Below are positions 1-16,498 of a DNA stretch of 64,000 nt, piece after piece. The number at the start of each line of letters is the position of its first letter. Within the stretch, counting starts at the first letter, position 1. Source of the stretch: Octopus vulgaris (taxonomy: Eukaryota); assembly GCA_951406725.2 (NCBI GenBank), contig OX597816.1:28520001-28584000 (forward strand), written 5' to 3'. The position numbers and the translations under genes were made by a program. A model generated the notes under the pieces. The model was given only the letters and a program-made list of their open reading frames with translations. It ran no database searches and had not been told where the DNA came from.

Positions 1-32
1 GACTGAAACAAGTAGAAGAATAAAGGAATATA

Positions 33-1387
<1,355 letters not shown>

Positions 1388-1545
1388 CAGGGAGAATTCA
1401 CAAAAAAATCAAAAAACAAAAGACGAAGACAGGTGGTGTAGACAACAAACAGATGTATTAGTTTAACGCTCCGGAAGTGAAAAAGTCTTTAACGTTTCGA
1501 GCCTACGCTATTCTAGAGAAAGAAACACAGAAAGGAACGAGAGAG
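1388..1545 (-). mobile_element. Penelope-like pseudo-LTR relic with degenerate hammerhead core
   Basis: The minus strand reads AGCGTAGGCTCGAAACGTT...TTCCGGAGCGTT, the same layout as the relics at 7245-7415 and 29480-29680. It sits next to a TA array. Confidence 0.5.
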
Positions 1546-1571
1546 ATGGCATTCAATCATATAATAATAAC

Positions 1572-1648
<77 letters not shown>

Positions 1649-1655
1649 TAATAAT

Positions 1656-2050
1656 CAGGAGTGGCTGTGTGGTAAGCAGCTTGCTTACCAACCACATGGT
1701 TCCGGGTTCAGTCCCACTGCGTGGCATCTTGGGCAAGTGTCTTCTGCTATAGCCCCGGGCCGATCAGTGCCTTGTGAGTGGATTTGGTAGACGGAAACTG
1801 AAAGAAGCATGTCGTATATATGTGTATGTGTGTGTTTGTGTGTCTGTGTTTGTCCCCCTAGCATTGCATGACAACCGATGCTGGTGTGTTTACGTCCCCG
1901 TCACTTAGCGGTTCGGCAAAAGAGACCGATTGAATAAGTACTGGGCTTACTAAGAATAAGTGCCGGGGTCGAGTTGCTCGACTAAAGGCGGTGCTCCAGC
2001 ATGGCCGCACTCGAATGACTGAAACAAGTAAAAGAGTAAAGAGTAAGAGT
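1656..2050 (+). mobile_element. tRNA-derived SINE family A, full length
   Basis: It has an A-box-like TGGCTGTGTGGT, a B-box-like GGTTCAGTCCC, a TTGGGCAAGTGTCTT core-like motif, an internal TG microsatellite and an (AAAGAGT)n tail. More than ten copies occur in the window. Confidence 0.9.
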
Positions 2051-2113
2051 ATAATGATAACAATAACAATAAAAAATATCATATTATTATTATTATTATT
2101 ATTATTAATAATA

Positions 2114-2160
<47 letters not shown>

Positions 2161-2434
2161 TGTATATATATATATATATATATGATCTCCCATCGAAGAT
2201 GACTTATGAGTGTTCAGCTTCTGCCTAACGACTTGCACAAATGCTTTGTTTACTGTGGTTAAATGCATATGCTGTACATCAGCTAACTTTCTCCATCAAA
2301 CCGTCGTTGCGTGAACAGGTGCAATCAGGTGTCGAAGTGATCACAATCAAACATATGGTGAAATATTTTGCTCAAAATCACAACGCAGGAGCAGGTCAAA
2401 GCATCGAAACCACAATCTTGCTATATATATATAT

Positions 2435-3024
2435 ACTTGTACTCTATTGCCTTTCTAAGATATTTTTATTTAGGTTTTAGAGAAAATAATTTAAGCGAAT
2501 ATCATTCAGGTTTGTATTGAATTCCAACTTAGTAAAGTAGATCAACGCCAATGTCACATTATGCAATAGATATATATATATACAAGGGCACGTACACTGT
2601 CAGACACACACACGTATATGTATATGTGTGTGTTGTGCGTTTATGTGTGTGTGTATGTAAGTGCGTGCTTGTGTATGTGTATATTCATGACTATGTCTAC
2701 ACGCAGAAGTACTTTTCATCGCAATGAACGAGTTACGAAAAGCATGTGTTAGAATGTTAACGTGTCATAAAATAACCAATACAATCTTGCAGATTTACTC
2801 TCAATGAGACATCGAAGATAAGCGTATTTGTTGCATGATTCAGTCAGTTTGCACATGATATATCATGTAAGAAATTGATAACTTGTACTCTATTGCATTT
2901 CTAAGATATTTTTATTTAGGTTTTAGAGAAAATAATTTAAGCGAATATCATTCAGGTTTGTATCGAATTCCAACTTAGTAAAGTAGATCAACGCCAACGC
3001 CAATGTCACGTCATGCAATAGATA
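2435..3024 (+). repeat. Direct duplication of about 140 bp (2435-2572 and 2881-3024)
   Basis: ACTTGTACTCTATTGC...ATGCAATAGATA occurs twice with few substitutions. Copy 2 has an extra ACGCCA. Confidence 0.9.
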
Positions 3025-3439
3025 CAATTTATATATTATAAATTTAACAAAAATACAATAAAACCATGATAACAATAATACTGATAAAATAATAGTATAT
3101 TATTATACACGTATACAAAACTTATCATGCGGATTATCAGAAATTTTCTAGACGAACGTGCTCTCATTTTACGGTTGATATGAAATGCGAGGGTAGCAAA
3201 CTGATTTACTTACAGCCGACCTTTAAATTTATTCTGTAAATAGATTCTGTAATATCTGCTTTACTGCATTCTGGAATGTTGTATTCTAACAGAATATCAA
3301 ATTCTTCTCTATCACGTGTTAGAAGGGATCATTCATTTTAGTACAATGACTAACAAATTTGATCAATATGGCTGCAATTTCGCCTCAAGTTCGGCGAATC
3401 TGCTTTTGGTACTTGTCAGGCATATGACAATCATTTGGA

Positions 3440-3603
3440 TCAAAGAGGATTAAACGTGTGTATATGAGGAACGTGTCTGTTTGAAGACACATCGATAAGG
3501 TAAGACTCATTAATATCAAAACACCAAGAACGTAGACAGCACACCTGAACTCTTTCGTGAAGATGTATGAACGATGGCACACATCTATCCGGCTGTACAC
3601 AAG
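3440..3603 (-). CDS. Candidate terminal coding exon, Cys-rich with Ly6/uPAR-like spacing
   Basis: A T10-AG acceptor lies at 3615-3604 on the minus strand. One frame reads ACVQPDRCVPSFIHLHERVQVCCLRSWCF...NPL*, and AATAAA lies at 3233-3228. No upstream exon was identified. Confidence 0.2.
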
Positions 3604-4199
3604 CTAAAAAAAAAACGGATGCACTCCATACCATATCACTACACACACACACATATACACCCACATTTCCTTTATGCCAGATTCTATACATGAACAATCT
3701 CTTATGCATGCACACACACCAAACCGCCTCCACCTTTTGTAACTCCCCCATAGAACCATATTCCAACATGATCCCTAAGTCCTTCCTTATTTTTATCCAG
3801 CCATCTTTTCCTATTTAATTTTAATTTTAAGCATACTATTTTTGTGTCCTGTTTGAAACACTGGGCAACAAAAAATGTATTCTCTGCTTCCCAGACAAAT
3901 GGTAATTTAGTAAACCAAATCGATTACGCTGATTCCGATTCTGAACTCAGAATTGCTGTAGCACGTAGGGATTTTGAGTTACGTGCATAATTATATATCA
4001 ATACTCTATTAGTATCAAGAGTAGTTATGTTCAAGGTAAATAATTTTATAACAGTATATTTGTACTGTATATAATATGTTTATGTTCAAAGCAAATAGTA
4101 TTGTACTATAATGCTACATAGTATATTTATGTTAATAGAAAACTCTATTCTTGTAATGCTCAGCTCAAAAATGTTTGAGACACTTGCTCTTGCGCTTAT

Positions 4200-5450
4200 G
4201 CGTTGTTCTAGTCTCCCGTTGTAGGAACCAGCAGTATTCAACAATGTGTAGATTGACCTAGCATTGATACCTCGTTTCCATCTCAGATATATCATCGTGG
4301 AACTTCTCACCATGCTCATCACTAACGTCACGAAGATTCGTTGGAAAAAATCGAGATGTGAATGAAAGAAATGCATTTTAAGGGACATTCGGCATCCGAT
4401 TCTTTCATACGCTGTTAGCTTGTCGTTTATTAAATTAGCTTCGTTTTCAGTTCCATAATTCCCCAGAAAGTTCTGCACAACTACCACGAATGAATCCCAT
4501 GCTGTCAGCGCAACTAGAAGTAGTTTGCCATTGAATTTGCCATCAGACATCAATTCTCTGATCTTGGGTCCAATGAAAATGCCTGCTTTCAGTTTTGCGT
4601 TACTTTTCTCTACACCAAATTCTACTTTTAGGCCCTGGAAGCCACAACCACCGTGTGTTATTGCTTTTACGAAGTTTTTCATGGGGCCGAGTTCGATGTC
4701 AAGAGGTGAAAGGAAGATCTTTTGCGGTTCAACCAGTAGAATATACTGTACATTGTACGGACAAACTATGCGCTCATCTTTTAGGCCAGTCTTTTACAGT
4801 CTAATAATTACTATCGTCGTGGCTATTCAAAACAGACAAGAAGCAAATATTTTTGGTATATCCCAGCTGCAGTCCTAGGAGGAGGGAAATCACCTTTAAA
4901 TCACCACAAATAATTCCACTTATGAACTGAGTACTTATACAAGCGTATCTCATTTTTCCTAGAAGGAAGTAGGTATCCATCGTCTATAGGAGAATCAAAG
5001 GATTCATCGTGCGACGTGTCAAGGTATTTAAGTGAATTATGTGGAAGAAGAAATGGAACAGGTTTCTCGAAGTCATGTAGGGCCGGTTTTAGGGCTGACT
5101 TACAATCTGCGTACAGAATTTTTGCTTTTGGTTTTCTTTAAGAAACCATTAATATGAGTCATGCAAAAGTAACAATCAGAGACATCGGTTGATTCACGCC
5201 ATGCCATTGGTACAGCAAAAGGCATTCCCTCCCGTGTTCCATTCGGCCACTGTATAAGCCCTGAGTAACACACGGCGCAGCAGATATGGGAGGCCAACTT
5301 CTTGTCTTAGTCCTCAACTTTACACCAGAAATAACATTTATATGCAGTTTTTAATTTCGTAGCAATGTTCTTCCGCTGGTCACGAGAAGCAAATTTTCTA
5401 CAGTCATAACAAATGTTGTCTGGGCGATTCCCTCAGCCTCAACTATTCAT
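4200..5450 (-). pseudogene. Chapaev3-type transposase pseudogene
   Basis: Motifs in several frames with stops: NRPDNICYDC, HICCAVC, MPFAVPMAWRE..DCYFC, MKNFVKA, AKLKAGIFIGPKIR, NFLGN, GCRMSLKMHFFHSHLDFF and SDEHGEKFH. Confidence 0.8.
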
Positions 5451-5678
5451 GATCTAACACAATGAACACAGTTAAAACAGTAATCACGCCGAGCGAGAGA
5501 TGCACATAACACAATTGACAGCAGCGCAAACGACACAAACTGGGGTATTTAACGCTTGCACATAATACACCAGCGCCATCTATTGCTAAACTAAATAATG
5601 AACATTCTCATCGTTTGTTTTATTGCTGTCATTTCTTTAATTTTCAATTAAGACTGCTTTCAATTTAGCAAATTTTAT

Positions 5679-6130
5679 GAGTGGCTGTGTGGTAAGTAGC
5701 TTGCTTTATTTCATATAATTTGCCATATATTATTTAAGTAGCTTGCTTACCAACCACATGGTTCCGGGTTCAGTCCCACTGCGTGGAATCTTGGGCAAGT
5801 GTCTTTTGCTATAGCCCCGGGCCGACCAATGCCTTGTGAGTGGATTTGGTAGACGGAAACTGAAAGAAGCCTGTCGTATATAAGCATATATATATATATG
5901 TATGTGTTTGTGTATGTTTGTGTGTCTGTGTTTGTCCCGCTAGCATTGCTTGACAACCGATACTGGTGTGTTTATGGCTCCGTCACTTAGCGGTTCGGCA
6001 AAAGAGACCGATTGAATAAGTACTGGGCTTACAAATAATAAGTCCCGGGGGTCGATCTGCTCGACTAAAGGCGGTGCTCCAGCATGGCCGCAGTCAAATG
6101 ACTGAAACAAGTAAAAGAAAGTAAAAGAGA
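5679..6130 (+). mobile_element. SINE family A copy nested in the Chapaev3 element
   Basis: Collinear with 1656-2050, with a 28-bp insert in the head. Confidence 0.9.
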
Positions 6131-6423
6131 ATACTGTCTATAACTAGCCGCAAGTATAGTTATAATCTGGCGCATGCGCATAACTGAAAATTCTGACGTA
6201 CTGGAATAATTCTGAGTGCAGATTCGGAATCACCATTCCCGATTTAGTATAAATGTTCTTACTCTAGTAGCAAAATCTTTGTTGTCTGCATTAGATTGCT
6301 TCAATTTCATTTTCCACCTATTATTCGCTAATGTTTTAATCTCCTTATAAGCACACACAAGTGCTTTCACATACATACGTACATATATACATACACACAT
6401 ACATACATACATACATACATACA

Positions 6424-6457
<34 letters not shown>

Positions 6458-6497
6458 CACGCTTACACACAGACGCACACTCACACACACACACACA

Positions 6498-6850
6498 GTG
6501 GCTGCTATCTCGTATACGAGCAGAGCCATTGTGAAAAAGAATAATTGAAATGAATCATTGATAATGCAATGTGAGGCCCTTATATGGCTTTTCAAACCTG
6601 GCAATGATTTCCACATTTTATTGCACAATGCACAAATGTGCTGGCTGGCAGAAAGAACCGGTATCACAGTATGAATTATTTTGACATATCTTTTAATCCT
6701 CCAACTGAACGGGACCCCTTTCTAATGGTTGCACATGCTCTGTTGTGAATAACAGCCGTATCGCAGTTTACAAGGGGTTGATTTCTGTGACTCCTCTGAT
6801 GGCTGACCAGGCCTGCATGACTCGGACTTTTCCTCCTACAAATCACACAC
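6498..6850 (-). mobile_element. 3' end of an RTE-like LINE with tandem C2H2 zinc fingers
   Basis: Translates to CVICRRKSPSHAGLVSHQRSH, a degenerate middle finger, and CALCNKMWKSLPGLKSHIRASH. It ends in GGCTCTGCTCGTATACGAGATAGCAGCCAC followed by a microsatellite. Confidence 0.65.
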
Positions 6851-6885
<35 letters not shown>

Positions 6886-6886
<1 letters not shown>

Positions 6887-7243
6887 TCTTTTACTCTTTT
6901 ACTTGTTTCAGTCATTTGACAGTGGTCATTGCTGGAGCACCGCCTTTAGTCGAGCAAATCAATCAACCCCAGGACTTATTCTTTGTAACCCTAGTACTTA
7001 TTCTATCGATTTCTTTTGTCGATCCGCTAAGTTATAGGGAGGTAAACACACCAGCATCTGTTGTCAAGCGATGTTGAGGGACAAACATACACACACACAT
7101 ACATATGCATATACATATATACGACAGGCTTCTTTCAGTTTCCGTCTACCAAATCGACTCACAAGGCTTTGGTCGGCCCGAGGTTATAGTAGAAGACACT
7201 TGCCCAAGTTACTACGCAGTGGGACTGATCCCGGAACCATGTG
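6886..7243 (-). mobile_element. SINE family A copy
   Basis: Reverse complement of the family A body and tail. Confidence 0.9.
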
Positions 7244-7244
7244 T

Positions 7245-7410
7245 GTACCGTTGGCGATTTTTTACCTCTGTCTTCCCTTCTCCTATGTTTCCGACGAAGA
7301 GCTCCGCTCGGAACGTTAGACCTTCCTTCTTTCCTAAGCGTCCAATAATACTATATCTGTTCCACGTCCTCGCGTTGTTGTTTTTTTTGTGCTTTCTTGT
7401 TTGGATTAAC

Positions 7411-7415
<5 letters not shown>
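7245..7415 (+). mobile_element. Penelope-like pseudo-LTR relic with hammerhead-like core
   Basis: Reads CCGACGA-A-GAGC-TCC-GCTC-GGAACGTT...AGCGTC. It is homologous to 29480-29680 and ends in a TA array. Confidence 0.55.
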
Positions 7416-7482
<67 letters not shown>

Positions 7483-8019
7483 ATAGCCTACATATTCATC
7501 GACTAAATGTGTCTATAACGCGTTCTAACAGCTTGGTTTAGTTATTACAGCTATTTACTTTTTATGTTCTCGAATCTAAGGAATGGGCGTGGCTTGCTTA
7601 AGCTTGGTCGAGTTTTCTAGTTTACCCGGTTACTACACTTAGTATATTAGTATTGTATTTATAAGCGTTTTTTTTTTCTGACTTTATCCACTCAGAGCCC
7701 CTCCATTTTATGGGCTATTGCGAATTTGTAAACTCTGCAGAGCTATGCTTGTTGAACCTTGAAAGCATGAAAGGCAAAATCGATCTTTGCATTACAATAA
7801 TAATAACAGCAACAACAACAATAGTAATGGCGTCAATGTTTGGCACCATGCCAACAATTTGGGTAACTCAATTACATTCACCCCAGTGTTCTATTGGTAC
7901 ATGTTTTATCATCCCTGTAGGTTGAAAGGCGATTCGATCTCGCGGATTTGGACTCACAAGGTAAGGACCCGGAATATATACCTATACATTATTTTGAAGC
8001 TTAAAGTTTCTAGTATACC

Positions 8020-8257
8020 TATTTCTATTTCCTTATTACCCACAAGGGGCTAAACACAACGGGGACAAACAAGGACAGACATAGGTATTAAGTCGATTAC
8101 ATCGACCCCAGTGCGTAACTGGTACTTAATTTATCGACCCCGAAAGGATGAAAGGCAAAGTCGACCTCGGCGGAATTCGAACTCACAACGTAACGCAGAC
8201 GAAATACCGCTAAGCATTTCGCCCGGCGTGCTAACGTTTCTGCCAGTTCACCGCCTT
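8020..8257 (-). mobile_element. tRNA-derived SINE family B (Nin/Deu-like central domain), young copy with 16-bp target-site duplication
   Basis: Head AAGGCGG..CTGGCAGAAACGTTAG, B-box GTTCGAATTCC, central GCCTTTCATCCTTTCGGGGTCGATAAA and a GAAATA tail. The TSD AAGTTTCTAGTATACC is at 8004-8019 and 8258-8273. Confidence 0.92.
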
Positions 8258-8299
8258 AAGTTTCTAGTATACCGACCTCGTTTTCCTAATAATGAACAT

Positions 8300-10145
8300 T
8301 TTTTTCTAAAATTGGCACAAAGCCTAATGTTTTGTGGGGAGTGAGCAAGGCGATTGCATCGACCCTGGCAATTGAAGTCTACTCTATTTCATCAATCACG
8401 AAAGGTGATTGATGCGAGAGCATGAAGAATTGTTAAGCACTTTGTTCGAAGCGCAAACGATATTATCATCTTGTGACCTTCTTAATAATATCTATTTTTT
8501 TCTACTTTTGGTACAAGGTCAGCACTCTTGAGGGGAGGGTAGAATCAGTTCCATCAACCCCAGTACTCAACTGGTACTTTATTTTATGAAATCTGTGCGC
8601 ATGAAAATCAAAGTCGACCTCGGTAGAATTGAAAGTAAGAATGTAAAGAGCCTTTGATAATCTTGCCAGTACGTTGTTTTAGGTAATAGTGATACTTATA
8701 ATTTTGGATTTTGAAGGTATACAATTTTGATGAAAAGGGGTATGTCGATTACTTTCACTTCAATATTTGACTGGTACTTTATTTTACCGTTCCACCTTGA
8801 CGAAAGCTGAATTCAAAACGAAGAAATGACCCCCAACATTTTGTCTGGCTCGCTAACGATTGTGTCACCTTATTAATGATTTTAATTATTTCTAATTTTG
8901 GCACAAAGCTAGCGAGACACAGAGGTGAGTGAAAGTCAATTACACATGACTGGTACCCTAGTAAAGTGTACTGATTCTTAACTGATATTCCATGTTCTCG
9001 ACCCCGAGAGAATGAGAGGCAAACACAACATCGACTGAAATTAAACTCTGAATGTAAAGAACCAGAAGAAATGAAGTTAAGCATTTTATTCGACGTGCTA
9101 ATGAATCTACCCGCTCGCTGCTTTATAACAATGGTTTCAAATTTGGCACAAGGCCAGTAATTTTACGAGAAGTGGGTTAGTTGATGAAGCAGACACCAAC
9201 GCTTAACTGGTACTTATTTTATCGATCCATAAGTGATGAAGGCAAAATGAATTTCGCTGGCATTTGAACTCAGAACTTAAAGCGTTTTGCTCGGGGTGCT
9301 AACACTTCTGCCATCTCACCGTCTTCGACGCTTTTTAAGGGTATTACTATTCATTAACAATGCGAATTTTGCCTTGATAAGAAATAAAACTATGAATTTG
9401 TTTAATTTTCTAAATATACACGTCAAAATTCCTTCAGAGAAGCTTATACTTAAATAAAAAGAAAACATACAATTTTCCAATAATGTCGCGGGTTTAAACA
9501 ACAAAAACATTTCTTTCTACTGTAGACACAATACTCAAACTTTTGAGGGAAGGGGCCAGTCGATTACATCGACAACAGAGGAGGATTGGTGCTTATCGAC
9601 CTCGAAAGGAAAAAAAAACATTATTGCCATCTGTGGAATTTGAACTCAGAACGTATAACCTGAAAGAATATAGATATGTACCTTCTCTGACGTGCAAAAG
9701 ACTGATAACTCACAGATTTACTACTACAGCACAAATAATGACTGAATTTTGAGAGGAGTGTGAATTCCATTACATCGACCTCAATGTTGAACAGGTATTT
9801 TATACATTGATCCCGTAAACATAAGACGCAAAATCGATCTCGCTGCAACAGGCACTCAAGCGAGTATATATACTGGCACACAGAGGCACACTCACATTCG
9901 TATTCCCGTTCTTGTACGTATAATCGCACAAACGTTCATCACATATACATAAATACATATCTGTTTCAAACTTTGGCATAAGCCAGCAATGTTGGGAAGT
10001 GGGTAAGACAATTCAATCGATAGTTTCTCGACCCTGAAAGGATGAAAGACAAAGTCGACCACGGCGGAATTCGAACTCTCAACGTTAAGACGGACGAAAT
10101 GCCACTAAGCAATTTTGCCCTTTGTGCAAACGACTCTGCCAGTAT
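8300..10145 (-). mobile_element. Cluster of older diverged family B SINE copies
   Basis: Repeated degenerate GGCACAAGGCC / TCGACCCCAG / CTGGTACTTATTTTATCGA / GAACTCAGAA modules. Confidence 0.75.
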
Positions 10146-10389
10146 ATCGCATTTATAAATACAGACATTAATATGTAATCAAGCTACTATATATACAATC
10201 ACAAAATTAAACGCACACACACACGCAAAAACACACAGATACACACTAGCAATCACACACGTTACGCACACATTTATGTATCTGCATACATATATGTATG
10301 TATGTATGTATTTATGTATATATGTACGTGTGTATGTATGTATGTATGTGTTCTTTTTTTCCCATTTTTTGTTCTTTTTTTCCCAAGTT

Positions 10390-10548
10390 TTTGTTCTTTT
10401 TTTTCCCTTTTACGATCCCTTTTGATCGAAAACCTCCGCCAACTTTTTTTTGTTTCTTTTGTTTTTTGTTTTTTTCATCCCTTAAAAGAAAAGCTCTACC
10501 TTGTAACTTGTCCCATCAGTGTGCAGCCCTGTGTGGCCAATAAAGAAC
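10390..10548 (+). mobile_element. Probable LINE 3' UTR fragment
   Basis: Pyrimidine-rich segment ending CAGCCCTGTGTGGCCAATAAAGAA, followed by (TCTA)n. Confidence 0.35.
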
Positions 10549-10555
10549 CTTATCG

Positions 10556-10623
<68 letters not shown>

Positions 10624-10922
10624 GTGTATCAGTCCGTCAATCTATCTGCCTGTCTATATAAGTGTGTGGGTGAATCTTTTACCGGCGAATTGGTAAAAGA
10701 TTGGTATGGAATAAGTACTAGACATGAAAAAAATAAATAATTGGGTGGTTTCTGATAACTGAAACAACTAAAAAGGTAAAAAAGACGACAAAAGGAAAAT
10801 GTTTATCTATGTATATTTGTGTGCGTTTCTGCGTGTTTGTGTGTGTGTGTACACACACACACCACGCGCGCGCACACACACACATGCACATACATATACG
10901 CATAAGTATATATAAATATGCC

Positions 10923-11014
<92 letters not shown>

Positions 11015-11085
11015 TATCTACATACATATGTGCATACATACACGTACGCATGGATTTGTACACGCACACAAACATATATATATGT

Positions 11086-11140
<55 letters not shown>

Positions 11141-11351
11141 AAGTGTGTGTATGTGTATTATCATTTAACGTCTTAAATAGATAGATAGATAGATAGATAG
11201 ACATATGATTGTTAAAACTTTTAGTGTAGTACATATTTTAAAAACTTTATTAAAGTTTTGATACGCACACACATACACACTCGCATATATGCATATGCAT
11301 GTATTTATATGTACACACACACACAGACACACACATATATATATATATATA

Positions 11352-11434
11352 TATATGAGAGAAGGTTTGAAAATGCAATTTTAAAACATGTTATACAACT
11401 TTTAGAATTGCATTTTCAAACCTTCTCTCATATA
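11352..11434. repeat. Short palindrome with about 35-bp arms at a TA array edge
   Basis: TATATGAGAGAAGGTTTGAAAATGCAATT...AATTGCATTTTCAAACCTTCTCTCATATA. Confidence 0.9.
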
Positions 11435-11710
11435 TAACTCCGCTCGTGCGGTACCTTACAACTCCACTTTGTTATATATAAAAATTTTATGTATGTATCC
11501 ATGGGTGTGTCTTTATATATACATATATGAATATGTATATATGCACATGTTTGAACACACACATACCTACTCATATATAGCTGCCTGAATGTGTCTATGT
11601 AAGAGTACCTGTAAATATGTAAATACCTATGTGTATATATGCATGTATGTATGCACGTATGTATGTATGTATGTATGTATGTATGTATGTATGTATGTAT
11701 GTATGTATGT

Positions 11711-14340
<2,630 letters not shown>

Positions 14341-14744
14341 AGTTGACCTAAAATTTTGCCTACGAAATTTACCTCAAAATGCAGCTTATCGTTTTTCTTT
14401 CAAATAAAAAGATATTTTAATGGTTCTCGCTTGTAGACAGACGAGACACACCACCACACACACGCGTACACATCAGAGTGTACACATACCTATTCGTACA
14501 CACGCATACATATAAGAGAAGATATCTGTAGACATTTGTTACCTTGGTCTACCATTTCTTTCACAAATGTCAACAAGACTATTGCTCCTGGAGGGATGTT
14601 ATTAAATGGGTGAGTGTAAGCGTTTGTAACGATATATATATATATATAGACACATGCATAGATATACATACATATATTTATACCCAAAATTCTTTTCCTA
14701 ATATTTACATAATAATTTACATATTATATTGTATTTTTGTATAT

Positions 14745-15140
14745 CCTTTCTACTATGGGCACAAGGCCTGAAATTTGGAGGGGGGGTATAGTCGATTACA
14801 CCGATCCCAGTACTTAACTGGTACTTATTTAATCGACCCCGAAAGGATGAAAAGAAAAGTCTACCTGGGCGGAATTTTAACTCAGAACGTAGCGGCAGAT
14901 GAAATACCTATTTCTTTACTACCCACAAGGGCCTAAACACAGAAGGGACAAACAAGGACAGACAAACGGATTAAGTCGATTATATCGACACCAGTGCGTA
15001 ACTGGTACTTATTTAATCAACCCCGAAAGGATGAAAGGCAATTTCGACCTCGGCGGAATTTGAACTCAGAACGTAGCAGCAGACGAAATACCACAAAGGA
15101 TTTCGCCCGGCGTGCTAAAGTTTATGCCAGCTCGCCACCG
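14745..15140 (-). mobile_element. Tandem (dimeric) family B SINE
   Basis: Two bodies and one head, with junction GAAATA-GGTATTTC on the minus strand. Confidence 0.88.
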
Positions 15141-15230
15141 TATTTATGTATATATGTACACGTTTATATACCACAGGCATATACGCGTAAACGATTTTTG
15201 TACAAACATGCATATAGTTGAATACCCACT

Positions 15231-15323
<93 letters not shown>

Positions 15324-15329
15324 ACTATT

Positions 15330-15540
15330 TTCTCTCTTTAGTCTCACTTATTTCAGTCATTTGACTGTGGCCATGCCGGAGCACTGCCTTTAGTCGAGCA
15401 AAGCGACCCCAGGACTTATTCTTTGTAAGCCTAGTACTTATTCTATCGATCTCTTTTGCCGAACCGGTAGGTTACGGGAACGTAAACACACCAGCATCGG
15501 TTGTCAAGCGATGTTGGGGTGGGGGAACAAAAACAGACAC
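15330..15540 (-). mobile_element. SINE family A 3' half
   Basis: Reverse-complement match to the family A tail. Confidence 0.85.
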
Positions 15541-15887
15541 ATATGCAGTAATGATCAAAATTTAATGAGCATGTAATATGATTCCACTAAAACCGAGGTC
15601 AAACTCCCCTTCATTCTATTTTCCCGCCATCTATCCTGCTTTCTTTATCCTCAGTACTTCTTTTACTCAATCCCCTACTGTGTAGGGAAATGAGTAACAC
15701 GCTTACTCCAATCTCTCGTTGACTGACATGGCTCAGGTATTCCAGGGCAGCTGTTCTAAACTATTGCTCTTTACATTTACATATGCTGGGATTACACATG
15801 GTTGTTAAAGTAGGTATCCTCGAAGAAATGTACTCTTGTATTGAAACACTTTATTGAAACACTTTATATAAATAACCTTTTATTATG

Positions 15888-16110
15888 TATTTCTTTACTA
15901 CTCACAAGGGGCTAAACATAGAGGGGACAAACAATGACAGACAAACGGAATAAGTCGATTACATCGACCCCAGTGCGAAACTGGTACTTTATTTATCGAC
16001 CCCGAAAGGCAAAGACGACCTTGGCGGAATTTGAACTCAGAACGTAACGACAAACGAAATAGCGCTAAGCATTTCACCCGGCGCGCTAACGTTTCTGCCA
16101 GCTCGCCGCC
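15888..16110 (-). mobile_element. SINE family B copy
   Basis: Collinear with 8020-8257. Confidence 0.88.
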
Positions 16111-16451
16111 AATAAAATTTTATTATATGAGCACTTCTCGATGTAGTTTTCTAAAGTGCATAGAAGAATGCATACATGCAGATATACCGGCAGACATACA
16201 TGCGTGTACATGCGCACATATATACATATATGTGTGTGTGCGTCTGTGCGCGTGTTTGCGTATGTGTATGCATGCAATACACGCGCATATATAATCGGCA
16301 GAAAAAATGTATACTCAAGTATTGTATCCTATTTCTCTCGCCTGTTCAATGAAGATTATATGCATGTATTCATATGTATATATATGTATTTATGAATAAC
16401 TGTATATGTGTATATATATCAGTGTGTGCATCTGTGTATGTGTATGTGTGA

Positions 16452-16498
<47 letters not shown>

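Larger units (their letters stand above)
3859..6291 (-). mobile_element. Decayed Chapaev3-type (CMC superfamily) DNA transposon
   Basis: One terminus is CACTGGGCAACAAAAAATG at 3859, and degenerate complementary subterminal sequence lies at about 6190-6291. Transposase motifs are present internally (see next feature). A SINE A copy is inserted at 5679-6130. Confidence 0.75.

Noticed and set aside
8111-8344. Repeated MRNWYLIYRPRKDERQSRPRRN ORF (also 14994, 25893, 57363)
   Set aside because: It is an antisense translation of SINE family B.
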